Positions 46,872 to 56,743 of a DNA stretch of 64,000 bases are shown piece by piece. The DNA is taken from contig JAAOZP010000012.1 in NCBI GenBank assembly GCA_011605725.1, positions 192,001 through 256,000 on the forward strand, written 5' to 3'. This stretch comes from Nitrososphaerota archaeon (GTDB lineage: Archaea > Thermoproteota > EX4484-205 > JAAOZP01). Position numbers and translations under genes: made by a program. Within the stretch, counting starts at the first letter, position 1. Each line of letters opens with the position of its first letter. Below the pieces are notes generated by a model. It was given only the letters and a program-made list of their open reading frames with translations, had not been told where the DNA came from and searched no databases.

Positions 46872-48134
46872 TCACCCTATCGGATTGCAAATCCTTCCAA
46901 TGAAGAGAATAGCTCCTGTCTCCTTATCTTGAATTATGAAAATGAAGGGGCGGTCTGCCCTAAAGACCTTAGTCTCCGGTATAGCGGTTAGCCTCATGAC
47001 TACAGCTGTTGCGGCTGCCACTTCAGTTCCCTTCTCATCAACTTTAACATAGGCTTGGTGAACAACCTGGCTGATAAACAAGTCTCTTCCTCCAGTTATT
47101 CCTGAGAAGTCGGCTTCCCCGGTGAACGCAGTGGGCATACCCAGGCTGCTTAAAGTCTCTCGCATAAAATATTTGGTTTCAACCTCGAATTTCGGCAAGC
47201 AGATCTCGTCCAGCCTCTCCTCCCTCATTTGAGCCTTATACTCTTCAAGCTTCTCCGGCGTTAACGATGCTTCTGCAGACTTAATGTTTTCCGGCAGTAT
47301 TATCAGCATCGAGACATTCTCACCCTTGTACGGCAGCTCTAAGATTTGCAAATTCCCAGTATCAACGTAGTTGAACCTTACTGTTTCATTTGGACGCATA
47401 TGCATCATTTGAACCTTTACGCTTACATTAGGAGCCACCCAGAAATCCTCTTCCACGGTTAGGGATTCGTTGAACGCTATCTTCCAATCGCCTTTGAAGT
47501 AGATAGCATTGGTCAGAACAAGTCGCGTAAGCTCGTCGAGAACACCAGGAGGGATCAAGTCTTTAATCTTATGATTCGTCTGCTCCTCTATGAAGACGTT
47601 GATTGTTTCACGCGATTTTTCAGATTCATGAATAAAGTCTAAGGTTGCAGCCTTCCCACCGTAATATTTTTCAACTGTATCCAAATATTCCTCGAGAAAA
47701 GAATAGTCCTTCTGAATCCAGAGCGCGTTTCCAGTCCTCAACTCATATTCTTCAGCAGCCCTATTAATACGGTTATAGAGCGCTGCGAAGTTCGGCCTTA
47801 ACACACTGCTTTCCGGGAAGTTGAACACGTTTTCCATCTCCTCCGCGGTTTTTCCCCTCGCACCCTCGTACGTCATTGCCAGAGCAGAGAAGATGCTGTA
47901 AGGAGAGCAGATAACATTACCTGTTTCGGTTTTAACTAACTCAGAATAAAGCTTGAAGGCAAATTGATTATTAGCCCTAACGACCTCCAGAATCCCCTGC
48001 GGCGTTGAACCAGCCTCGTTTGCCTGCGGAGGTCGAGTTGGAGAATACGGGTAGGGGAAGAACATTGCTGCGAGCGGAACCATAGTAATAATTAGGAGCA
48101 CTACCCCAATCATCCGTAATCTTCGTCTGTCCAT
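46872..48134 (-). CDS. Serpin (protease inhibitor) with N-terminal membrane anchor
   Basis: 'NNQFAFKLY', 'SPYSI..AL.M.YEGARGKT', 'LTNAIYFKGDW', 'LPKF', hinge/RCL 'DEKGTEVAAATAVVMRLTAIP', signature 'FRADRPFIFII'. Confidence 0.96.
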   Translation of the reverse strand: MDRRRLRMIGVVLLIITMVPLAAMFFPYPYSPTRPPQANEAGSTPQGILEVVRANNQFAFKLYSELVKTETGNVICSPYSIFSALAMTYEGARGKTAEEMENVFNFPESSVLRPNFAALYNRINRAAEEYELRTGNALWIQKDYSFLEEYLDTVEKYYGGKAATLDFIHESEKSRETINVFIEEQTNHKIKDLIPPGVLDELTRLVLTNAIYFKGDWKIAFNESLTVEEDFWVAPNVSVKVQMMHMRPNETVRFNYVDTGNLQILELPYKGENVSMLIILPENIKSAEASLTPEKLEEYKAQMREERLDEICLPKFEVETKYFMRETLSSLGMPTAFTGEADFSGITGGRDLFISQVVHQAYVKVDEKGTEVAAATAVVMRLTAIPETKVFRADRPFIFIIQDKETGAILFIGRICNPIG

Positions 48135-48274
48135 TACTGAGGAAAACTCTTGACGAGATTAGTTAAACATTGTGTTGTTCGACTTTTTAGAAAAGACATC
48201 TTAAGGAAAGAGCATGCTGTACAGTTTTTCGAACAGTTGTTTCAGAATATGAGAAACAAGAAAAATAACTTCTA

Positions 48275-49426
48275 TTAGAACGAGACCTCTATCTTTCTAC
48301 CTGTTTCAGCTGACTTCAATATGGCGTCCATGATCACATTGTTTCTATACCCGTCTTCGAAAGTAGCTCCTAGTGGGGCAATATCCTCATCCTTAACAAC
48401 CGCCTTGATGAAGTGGTATATTTCATTTATGAAGGTATGCTCCCATCCTATTATGTGTCCAGACGGCCAGTATCTTTCTATGTAGGGCTGAGTCTTCTCA
48501 GTAACCAGAATAGTGTTCCAGCCGCCTATCGCCTTACCCTCCCATTCTTTCAGGTACAGTTTCAACTCGTTCAGCCGCTCCAAGTTGAACTCTATAGAAC
48601 CCTTCTCCCCATTAATCTCGAAGTTGTTATAGTTCTTCCTACCAGTTGCGAACCTGGATGCTTCAAGAGTGCCTATTGCCCCATTATCAAGCTCTATAAC
48701 AGCTTCAAACGCATCGTCAACCGTTACCCTACCCTTCCTGCTAGGATCCTCAGGCAAAGGCCTCTCCTCGATGAACGTCTTAACCATGCCCATTACTGAT
48801 TTAAACTCTCCTACGATAAACCTTCCAAGGTCTATAATATGGCTCCCAAGATCGCCTAAAGGACCGCTTCCAGCCTCCTCCTTCTTAAGCCTCCAAACCA
48901 ACGGGAAGTTCGGGTCAACAATCCAGTCTTGAAGATACCTAGCCCTGAAATGGTATATTCTGCCAAGCAAGCCTGATTTAACTATATTTCTGGCAAGTTG
49001 AACCGCTGGGACAAACCTATAGTTGAAAGCAACCATGGTTTTAACCCTAGCCCTCTTCGCAGCATCTCTTAGAATCCTCGCCTCTTCAGCATTTCTAGCG
49101 AGAGGCTTCTCACATAACACATGCTTACCCTTCTCGATAGCCTCAACCGTCGGCTCCACATGCATGTTGTTCGGAAGACAGTTATCGACCACCTCTATCT
49201 CAGGGTCTCCAACAGCTTTCCTCCAATCAGTAACGTACCTTCTAAATCCATAGTTTATAGCAGCCTCCTTAACTTTTTCCTCAGTCCTACCATATATCAC
49301 AACCAAGTCAGGTATGGCTGGCGGAGGATAGAAGAAGTGAGGCATGCTTTTGAAACCATGAGAATGCGCCTTACCCATAAACGCATAACCCAGTAACGCC
49401 ACCCCTATTTTGCGAGCAGCACTCAT
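48275..49426 (-). CDS. Gfo/Idh/MocA oxidoreductase (levoglucosan dehydrogenase-like subgroup)
   Basis: 'LGYAFMGKAHS', 'CEKPLA', 'FNYRFVPA', 'YLQDW', 'GDLGSHIIDL', 'PSGHIIGWEHTF'; ATG at 49426 preferred over the ORF-track start at 49567. Confidence 0.88.
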   Translation of the reverse strand: MSAARKIGVALLGYAFMGKAHSHGFKSMPHFFYPPPAIPDLVVIYGRTEEKVKEAAINYGFRRYVTDWRKAVGDPEIEVVDNCLPNNMHVEPTVEAIEKGKHVLCEKPLARNAEEARILRDAAKRARVKTMVAFNYRFVPAVQLARNIVKSGLLGRIYHFRARYLQDWIVDPNFPLVWRLKKEEAGSGPLGDLGSHIIDLGRFIVGEFKSVMGMVKTFIEERPLPEDPSRKGRVTVDDAFEAVIELDNGAIGTLEASRFATGRKNYNNFEINGEKGSIEFNLERLNELKLYLKEWEGKAIGGWNTILVTEKTQPYIERYWPSGHIIGWEHTFINEIYHFIKAVVKDEDIAPLGATFEDGYRNNVIMDAILKSAETGRKIEVSF

Positions 49427-50196
49427 TTTTACATCATTTTTATTGAACAGAGACCTATAATTTAAGTGTTGTGGAAGTTTCTGGAACCCTATAGGAATGG
49501 ATCCCTCCAGCAACATAGGAAAGTTAAGAAAAGCATAAAAGAAGTCTAAGGAAAATTCGCTCCTCACCCATTTTTTCCCCGGTCTTCGACCATTTGCTTA
49601 ACCTCGCTTAAGCTCCCCTTCAATATAAATCTTCAGCGGAACGTTCTTGGCCTCGTGCAGCTCTATCGCAAGCCTCACATAGTCCTTAGCCCCTTCTCCC
49701 GTGAGACCTTTTCCTATGAAAAGACGTATCCCGATCTTCTTGCCATGCGATCTATGATAATATGATAATCCACATATGTGAAGAAATCCTCTATCTGCCC
49801 TAAATCTATCCCTAATCAGCTTGAAATTCGCTCCTCATAAGGATTGGATGAATCTAATCATTGAGATACCACTAGAAACCACATTTCAGCATCATACTTT
49901 CCATGGATCCCGGCTACCGTAGCGACGGCAAGGCATGTCGTGCTCGAGAAACGTTTAATGCGAAGACTAAGGCAGGTTTAATCGAGTATGCACTGAAGGT
50001 TTTAACACGCATCCTCCGATAACAATATGGAATAAAGGGTGAAGATGTTGAATAAAAACTCCAACGAGACGAAATTAGATAGCATCAAAACTTCTGCGGT
50101 AGTGGATATAGCACGCACACTATTACTTAGCTAAGACTCTTTCTTCCGGTTTGAAAAGCTTAGGCTTCTTTATGATTTTTATAAACTGTTCTCGAA

Positions 50197-50204
50197 GCGC
50201 GCGC
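50197..50204. repeat. (CG)n tract GCGCGCGC in a degenerate intergenic region
   Basis: Read directly from the sequence. Confidence 0.85.
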
Positions 50205-50297
50205 TCTCACTTCTCTATGGCTTCTAGTATTATAACGTTCCCTGTAAGAATACGGATTATTGAAAATTCTTATAAGCCTCAATATTGTCGGATATAA

Positions 50298-50636
50298 GTG
50301 ACGATGACCGAGATAAGAATACCGGTTAAGATTAAGTATGCTGAAGACTTCAGGAGAATATATGCGACAGGGGCTCTGGGCGGTTTTAATGGCTTCGACT
50401 TCAGGGTATCTTTCTTCAACGATATTGTGAACCATCCTGAGGAGCCGACTCAACCCCCTACTGTTACGAGGGAGATTAAGGTTGAGGTAATCCTTACGCC
50501 AGTTGCGTTAAAACAGCTTACTAAATGGTTGAATCAACACTTGAATGAGCTGGAGAAAATTATTGGAGAGATTAAGGATCAGTATCCACCTCAACCAAGC
50601 CAGCGTAGAGAGCCTCACTCAGGCTATTACGTTTAA
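50298..50636 (+). CDS. DUF3467-like small protein
   Basis: 'IYATGA.GG...DF...F', 'VILTP..LK.L..WL...L...E...GEI'. Confidence 0.7.
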   Translation: MTMTEIRIPVKIKYAEDFRRIYATGALGGFNGFDFRVSFFNDIVNHPEEPTQPPTVTREIKVEVILTPVALKQLTKWLNQHLNELEKIIGEIKDQYPPQPSQRREPHSGYYV

Positions 50637-50649
50637 AGATAACGATGGA

Positions 50650-51996
50650 ATGGTAAAGATGAACGTTAATACAGCTAAACATGAAGGTGTCAGGCTTGGT
50701 ATTCTAGGTGGCGGGCTCTCCGGAATGGCTTATGCCTACTTTTCCTCCCGAATTGGTTTCAACACTACTGTGCTGGAAAAAAACGTTGCTCCCGGTGGTT
50801 TGATGAGGAGCATTTTTGAGGAGGGGTTTACTTTCGACACTGGCGGTTCACACGTAATTTTCTCAAAAGACACTGATGTTCTAAGCTTTATGCTTAGCCT
50901 TTTAGGAAATAACAGGGTTGAGAACAAGAGGAATACTGCAATACTCTACAAAGGCAGGCTTGTAAAATATCCTTTTGAAAACGGCTTATCTGACTTACCG
51001 TTTCTGGAAAACCTTTCGTGTCTCCTGCATTTTCTCTATGCCAGGATGTGGAGAAAACGCAACGCTGGAAACCTTAGAGAATTTTTCTACAGTTCTCTGG
51101 GAAGAGCTATTTCCGAGAAATACCTGATCCCATATAATGAGAAAATCTGGAAGATGAGCATAGATGACATGTCTCTCGGCTTCATAGGCAGAATCCCTAA
51201 CCCTAGCGTAATGGATGTTGTCAAGGCTTCTCTTGGGATAGGTTCTGAGGGATACGTTCACCAGCTTTTCTTCCACTACCCTAGAAAGGGAGGGATCCAA
51301 GCACTCATAGAATCCTTGAGAGACAGGGTGCAAGGCGATGTTTTAACAGGCTTCGAGGTGAAGCGTGTCGAAAAAGAATCAGGTGAATGGGTTGTTTCAA
51401 ACGGTAGTGTAGAGAAGGTTTTCGACCGAATCGTCTGTACAATTCCTTTACATGATGCTGCCAGAATATTCGATGTTCCCCAGGATGTGAAGAGGGATGT
51501 TGAGAGATTAAGGTTCAACTCTCTTGTGACGGTTGCAATAGGGCTGGAGGAGCTTAACGTTAAGGGTTTAAGCTGGATGTATATTCCTGACAGGGATATT
51601 CACCCGCATAGGGTTAGTTTTCCCTCCAACTTTAGCCCGGAAAACGCTCCTGAAGGCAGGTCGTCCATCCTTGCAGAGATAACTGTCAAGCCTGATGATC
51701 CTCTCCTTAAGACTAGTAGCGATGAGGTTGCGAGCATAGTGGTTGACGAGCTCGATAGGCTTAAGATTCTTTCTAAGGACAAGGTTATCTTTAAGAATGT
51801 TTTTCAACACAAGTATGCGTATCCTATTCTAGATTCGAATTATCAAGAATGCGTTGAAAGAATAAGAGTCTTCTTTAACAGGATGGGTGTAGAGCTTGTT
51901 GGAAGATTTGCAGAGTTCAAGTATATTAACATGGACGACGCTATAAGAAACGTGGCAAACCATCTGGGCATACAGAGGATAAGCGAATATTCATAG
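50650..51996 (+). CDS. FAD-dependent oxidoreductase (HemY-like fold, UDP-galactopyranose-mutase-like subgroup)
   Basis: 'ILGGGLSG', 'GGLMRS', 'FDTGGSHVIFS', 'PYNEKIW', 'FHYPRKGG', 'YAYP', 'GRFAEFKYINMD'; start at 50650 avoids overlap with the upstream gene. Confidence 0.8.
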   Translation: MVKMNVNTAKHEGVRLGILGGGLSGMAYAYFSSRIGFNTTVLEKNVAPGGLMRSIFEEGFTFDTGGSHVIFSKDTDVLSFMLSLLGNNRVENKRNTAILYKGRLVKYPFENGLSDLPFLENLSCLLHFLYARMWRKRNAGNLREFFYSSLGRAISEKYLIPYNEKIWKMSIDDMSLGFIGRIPNPSVMDVVKASLGIGSEGYVHQLFFHYPRKGGIQALIESLRDRVQGDVLTGFEVKRVEKESGEWVVSNGSVEKVFDRIVCTIPLHDAARIFDVPQDVKRDVERLRFNSLVTVAIGLEELNVKGLSWMYIPDRDIHPHRVSFPSNFSPENAPEGRSSILAEITVKPDDPLLKTSSDEVASIVVDELDRLKILSKDKVIFKNVFQHKYAYPILDSNYQECVERIRVFFNRMGVELVGRFAEFKYINMDDAIRNVANHLGIQRISEYS

Positions 51997-52005
51997 CACG
52001 CACTG

Positions 52006-54195
52006 TTAACGTTTTTTCAGAATAATGCTTGCAACCTTATCTTTGAAAGGCGGTATTTCAACCACTAGCTTTCCATGAACCAGCCTAGCATTTAGATCAG
52101 CATCCTGACCGTCAACAGTGTAGAGTTTACATTCCACTTCACCAGTAAAGCTATAGAAATCAGCGTCAACCTCTATTAGAAAACAACTATTTTTCTCAGA
52201 TCTGTAATCAATAATGTTTATCAACAAGCTTCTTCCATCACAACCTTTAAACGCTTTCACAACCACCTTCTCAGAGTAACACTTTAACCCCAAGTCATCC
52301 ATGAACCTTGAATCATACTGTAGCCATTTAATCCTCTTCCTGAGAGCTATCAGTCTCCTCACATACTCAGTTAACGGCTCACCCCTGTTAATCCTTGACC
52401 CCAGTGGAAGCGGTGTCACGTCGAACCTGAATCCGAGCAGGTATACCCTGTTTATAAGGTCTTCCAAGCCAACTTCACCACCCATGTCAGGGTAGTAGCA
52501 CTTGCCTATCCATTCGACAGGCGGGTTAGCGAAGCCGTCAATTATAATATACTCTGGGAAACTGTATGCAAAAACTTCTGGGGCAGGATACATGGTTTGG
52601 CTTGAGAAACTAGTATAGAGATGGAGACTACAGTACTGCCCCACTGAATCCCCGTTTCCCTCGATACATATGGAGAAGTCTTGGTTATGCTTCCTACCTT
52701 CTTCAGAGAGCCTCCGTATTGTCTTAACTCTTCCCTGAGCTGAACAACCATGATGCTTATGACCATGTGCAAAGTTGAAACAGTAGGAAACAGGTGGGGA
52801 AAAAGTTTGATCTATATAGGCGAAGTCTGCACCATACTCCTTCAAGTATTTTTCCACAACCCAGTGAACCAAGTAATTCTGCCATCCCTCAGAGTACGTG
52901 CACATTATTCTGAAACCATCGTTTTCGAATTCTCTTCCAGGATACTGCACGGTCACTGACCCGTCGAAATTGGTTTGAGCATAATTCCTGAACTCGCCCA
53001 TCCAGTCCGGGATCTTCTCAGATTCAGGAATCCTGATGCGTCTCGCGGAAAGGTATTCTTTTACAAACGGCGAGAATGCTTGAATGTTGAAGTAGAAACC
53101 TACTGTACCACCTTTACTTTTAACCGAAGATATTGCTTTCTTAAGCTCTTCAACAGTCCCCAGTCTTGGATCAGGATAGTAGAACCTGTAGCAACACCCG
53201 TCTCCAACCATCTGACCCCATAGCTGAACATGGTTTAACCCGAGATATTGAGCATCCCTGAAAAAATCTTCAATATCTTTAAATTTGAACTTTATCTCTC
53301 CCCCAGCCTTAAAATGCACACCATACCATCCGTCGCTCCATTTCAGCTTTTCAGGAATATTGGGCTTTACCATCCAGGACTCAGCCCATTCCCTATATTT
53401 GTCAGCAGCCCAGTGCCAATCTCCTTCATGCACCCCGATTACAAACGGGCTTGACCTCCAAGAGCTTCCAGCAGGAACATATGCATACTTCCTCATGCCA
53501 AGGTTCATCACTCCTCTTGAGCAGTCAGGAATCGATTCTAAGGCAGTAAGTATCAGCTCCTTATCATAACTGGCAATATAGAGGCCTGCTTTCTCATCAT
53601 AAATATCCATCCACATCATTGAAGCAAAGCCGCCGTAAAGCAATGTTCTATGATAGGTCCCACATTTCTCGACAGGGTTCTTGATTTTCTCCCCGAAGCG
53701 ATTTGGCCTAACCAGTATATCGTCTTCACTAGAATCGCCTATGCATACTCCTTTTAACTGTGGAAAGCCTACTCCGACAACATCGTCTGAACAACCTGGA
53801 TTAAGAGTGTTGTCCACCTCAACATCACAGCTTATAAGCTGACTTTCACCCTCAAGCATAAAACTGCATTTAACATCTACTGACTCTATCCTATGGAGGA
53901 TCTCTACTGAAGAACGTGAACCATCCTTGCTTAAACGGATTCCCCTCAGGGTCTCAGGTCCAGATGAAACAACTCTAAACGGCTCATCGTCATTCGCATA
54001 GACTGATGATTTCTTTCCCTTCTGAAGAAGCCAAATGTAAACCAGCTGGTCGGCGGAATGTTTTAGATATGTGGTTGAAACCGTCTTGTTAAGGATCTGT
54101 CTTATCCCTCCGCTTTCAGTGCTGAACACCACCTCAACCTTACTGTTGCTTAGAATTAAATCATGATCCTCCTTTTCATCATACGATGAAACCAT
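52006..54195 (-). CDS. DUF6259-like putative glycoside hydrolase (beta-sandwich plus TIM barrel)
   Basis: 'SMMWMD.YD', 'HEGDWH.AAD.YR.W', 'YYPDPRLG..EEL', 'MC.....WQ', 'YGAD..YIDQ', 'CF...HGH'. Confidence 0.7.
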   Translation of the reverse strand: MVSSYDEKEDHDLILSNSKVEVVFSTESGGIRQILNKTVSTTYLKHSADQLVYIWLLQKGKKSSVYANDDEPFRVVSSGPETLRGIRLSKDGSRSSVEILHRIESVDVKCSFMLEGESQLISCDVEVDNTLNPGCSDDVVGVGFPQLKGVCIGDSSEDDILVRPNRFGEKIKNPVEKCGTYHRTLLYGGFASMMWMDIYDEKAGLYIASYDKELILTALESIPDCSRGVMNLGMRKYAYVPAGSSWRSSPFVIGVHEGDWHWAADKYREWAESWMVKPNIPEKLKWSDGWYGVHFKAGGEIKFKFKDIEDFFRDAQYLGLNHVQLWGQMVGDGCCYRFYYPDPRLGTVEELKKAISSVKSKGGTVGFYFNIQAFSPFVKEYLSARRIRIPESEKIPDWMGEFRNYAQTNFDGSVTVQYPGREFENDGFRIMCTYSEGWQNYLVHWVVEKYLKEYGADFAYIDQTFSPPVSYCFNFAHGHKHHGCSAQGRVKTIRRLSEEGRKHNQDFSICIEGNGDSVGQYCSLHLYTSFSSQTMYPAPEVFAYSFPEYIIIDGFANPPVEWIGKCYYPDMGGEVGLEDLINRVYLLGFRFDVTPLPLGSRINRGEPLTEYVRRLIALRKRIKWLQYDSRFMDDLGLKCYSEKVVVKAFKGCDGRSLLINIIDYRSEKNSCFLIEVDADFYSFTGEVECKLYTVDGQDADLNARLVHGKLVVEIPPFKDKVASIILKKR

Positions 54196-54292
54196 GCTTC
54201 TTTAAAAAGCCGTCAAGCATAAATGTTTTTCCCGGCTGCCGAAAACACGCTAAATTTTTAAGCCCATTGAGAAGAAAACAATAGGTTGAATA

Positions 54293-55060
54293 TTGAAGAT
54301 AGATTGTCATTCCCACATTAACGGCAGGTTCTTTAAATGGGGAGTGGAGTTGAAAAATCTTGTAGAGGCTGCTGATAAACTCCGTATCGATAAACTGTGC
54401 TGCTCAATACCCTTCGTTGAAGGCATGCCTACACCTAGCGAGTTTAAAACCTGTAATGACGAGATGGTTAGAGCGATGAAGGAATACCCTGGCAAGATTC
54501 TCGGTTACTGTTTCGTTAACCCCGGTTATCAACAGGAATCTCTTGAAGAGGTTGAGAAGAGGGTTCTGGAAGAAGGGATGATCGGCGTAAAACTGTACAA
54601 CCAGTATAAATGTTCCGATCCAATTGTTTTCCCAATTGTTAAGAAGACTGTAGAGCTTAAGGTTCCAATCCTGCAGCATGCAGGACATCTTACAGATCCT
54701 GCTGAAGCCTCCAGGCAGCCAAATATTTCTGATGCTCGCGACATCTCCTACTTGGCCTCTCTGTTTCCGGAAGCAGTGATAATAGAGGCTCATCTTGGTG
54801 GAGGAGGAGACTGGGAGTGGGCTTTGAAGATTTTGAGAAACACTCGTAACGTTTACGTTGATACGAGCGGCAGCGTAATAGATTGCGGGATGATAGAGAA
54901 AGCAGTTAAACTCTTAGGTGCGGAAAGACTGCTGTTCGGCACTGATTTAAGCATGGAAGAAGGAGTTGGTAAAATATTGGACGCTGAAATAAGTGAGCAC
55001 GATAGGAGCCTCATATTTGGGGAAAACATGCGGCAGATCCTAGAGGCGAGGTTCAGATGA
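54293..55060 (+). CDS. Amidohydrolase_2 family metallohydrolase
   Basis: 'IDCHSH', 'GVKLY', 'QH', 'AHLGGG', 'DTSGS', 'LFGTD'. Confidence 0.88.
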   Translation: MKIDCHSHINGRFFKWGVELKNLVEAADKLRIDKLCCSIPFVEGMPTPSEFKTCNDEMVRAMKEYPGKILGYCFVNPGYQQESLEEVEKRVLEEGMIGVKLYNQYKCSDPIVFPIVKKTVELKVPILQHAGHLTDPAEASRQPNISDARDISYLASLFPEAVIIEAHLGGGGDWEWALKILRNTRNVYVDTSGSVIDCGMIEKAVKLLGAERLLFGTDLSMEEGVGKILDAEISEHDRSLIFGENMRQILEARFR

Positions 55061-55860
55061 TTATAGACTTCAACACGTATCTTGGGCAGTGGCCATTCAG
55101 AAGGCTTTGCGCTAGAACAGCGTTAGAAGCCTTAAAGTGGATGGATAAGAATAGGATAAGCATTGCAGTAGTCTCATCCCTCAACTCTGTGCTCTACATG
55201 GATCCGCACGATGGGAATTATGAACTCTTAGAGGAGGTTGAACAATACGGTGAAAGATTTGTTCCGCTTGCTGTTGTTAACCCCAAATACCCGGGTTGGG
55301 AGAACGAGTTAGAGGAATGCATTAGCCTCGGTTTCAGAGGGTTGAGGCTATACCCGCAGTACCATAACTATTTGTTAACGGATGAAGATTGTTTAAGACT
55401 TGTTAAAAAAGCCTCTGAGAAGAATCTTGTCGTCTCGATACCGGTTAGGCTTAGAGACGGTAGGGGGCGTCATTGGATGGATTTGGCGAGAGATATTAGT
55501 CTAGACGAGTTAAAACAGCTTGCGGAGAAATCTCCGGAAACGAAGATAGTGGTTCTAGAGGCAAGGGGGGTTGTCGACACCCCATTAATCAATTATTCCA
55601 ACGTGTATTTCGAAATATCTAGGATGAATGCTGCTTTCGGCGAGATTGACAGGTTGATTGAACAGGCCGGTGATTCTAGGGTGGTTTTCGGATCCGGATT
55701 TCCATTGAAATACTTGCAGAGTGCCATCTTAAAAACTAAACTTATTAAGAAGCCGAGGGAAACCATTGAGAAAATACTATGGAGGAATGCGTGCAGCCTC
55801 CTGGGCTTAGATCAAAAAGAACTCCGGTTAGGATCTATTGAAAACATGTTCCTTCCGTAG
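55057..55860 (+). CDS. Amidohydrolase_2-fold protein with degenerate metal ligands
   Basis: 'IIDFNTYLGQWPFR' (no HxH), 'GLRLYPQYHNY', 'VFGSGFP' (no Asp), 'ILWRNA'. Confidence 0.8.
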   Translation: MIIDFNTYLGQWPFRRLCARTALEALKWMDKNRISIAVVSSLNSVLYMDPHDGNYELLEEVEQYGERFVPLAVVNPKYPGWENELEECISLGFRGLRLYPQYHNYLLTDEDCLRLVKKASEKNLVVSIPVRLRDGRGRHWMDLARDISLDELKQLAEKSPETKIVVLEARGVVDTPLINYSNVYFEISRMNAAFGEIDRLIEQAGDSRVVFGSGFPLKYLQSAILKTKLIKKPRETIEKILWRNACSLLGLDQKELRLGSIENMFLP

Positions 55861-56644
55861 TATGTTAGAAGAGTGCCTATAGCCTCACCAGCCCCCACGT
55901 TCGAAGAGACTACAGGCGTAGCCATAATCCCAATATCGCTGCGAGCAATGTTTCCTGTTGCAGCACTCATGCATTCCCAGACGCTTGGATGTTTCAGGAG
56001 AAATCTTACGGTCGAGTTTTTCACAGCCTTTAAAAGATCAGGATAGTAGTTGAACGCTGCAGCCATTGCTAGAGAGCATGATTTTGCCCATACTGGGCCT
56101 CTCCAATAAACATCTTCCTCAAAACCAGGTTGGCTGGGAGCGAGAGTATAAACCCCGTAGTCCCCGATCAGTCTGAGAAAATTCTTTCTAGCTTGCCGAG
56201 CCTTCTCGGGATCAACTAGTCCGTATGCAAATGGGAAAAGCCCATCCACACCTATCCTAGTGTCTAGAGAACCATCCTGGTGGAGTACACCGTACCAGTG
56301 TAAGTCTTCATCCCAAAGGATTCGATTCATGGCCCGCCTAGTTTCCTCAGCGCGCGCGACGGTTGATACTTCATCGTCCTGAAATGGAAAACGTTTCTAG
56401 ACAGCCTCCTGCCTGACAAGTCTGGGAAACTGTATTCTCCGAATTTTAAAGCAGCGACTGGAGCTTCTTCATAAGTTGTTTCCTCCCTGTTGTCAAGGAA
56501 CCAGTCGGTAGAACCGAAGTCAGAAGGATATGCAAACGAAATAGAGAAGTCATCCTCCTTCACAAGGATAGCAGTACACCGGGGCAGCTTCTCATTAAAA
56601 CTATCTTTCACTAGATTCCAAACATCCTGCCTTCTCGATAACAT
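55812..56644 (-). pseudogene. Internally deleted six-hairpin glycosidase (GH63/trehalase-like) gene
   Basis: N-terminal fragment of about 97 codons, then GCGCGCGCG (56350-56358), then in a new frame 'AEETRRAMNRILWDED..WY', 'YWRGPVW', 'WEC....G'. Confidence 0.75.
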
Positions 56645-56743
56645 TACCTGAATAATAAAGCCAGCTTAGTATTAAGGCTTATTTTAAGAATTATTAACAA
56701 ATCTTTAAATAATGCTTACAAAGACTTTTTAAGAGGGCGAACA

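Noticed and set aside
49427-49567. N-terminal extension of the oxidoreductase in the ORF track
   Set aside because: Family similarity begins at MSAARKIG (49426), and a TATA-like box lies within the extension.
50545-50649. N-terminal extension of the FAD oxidoreductase
   Set aside because: It overlaps the DUF3467-like gene in another frame; the ATG at 50650 or 50659 fits better.
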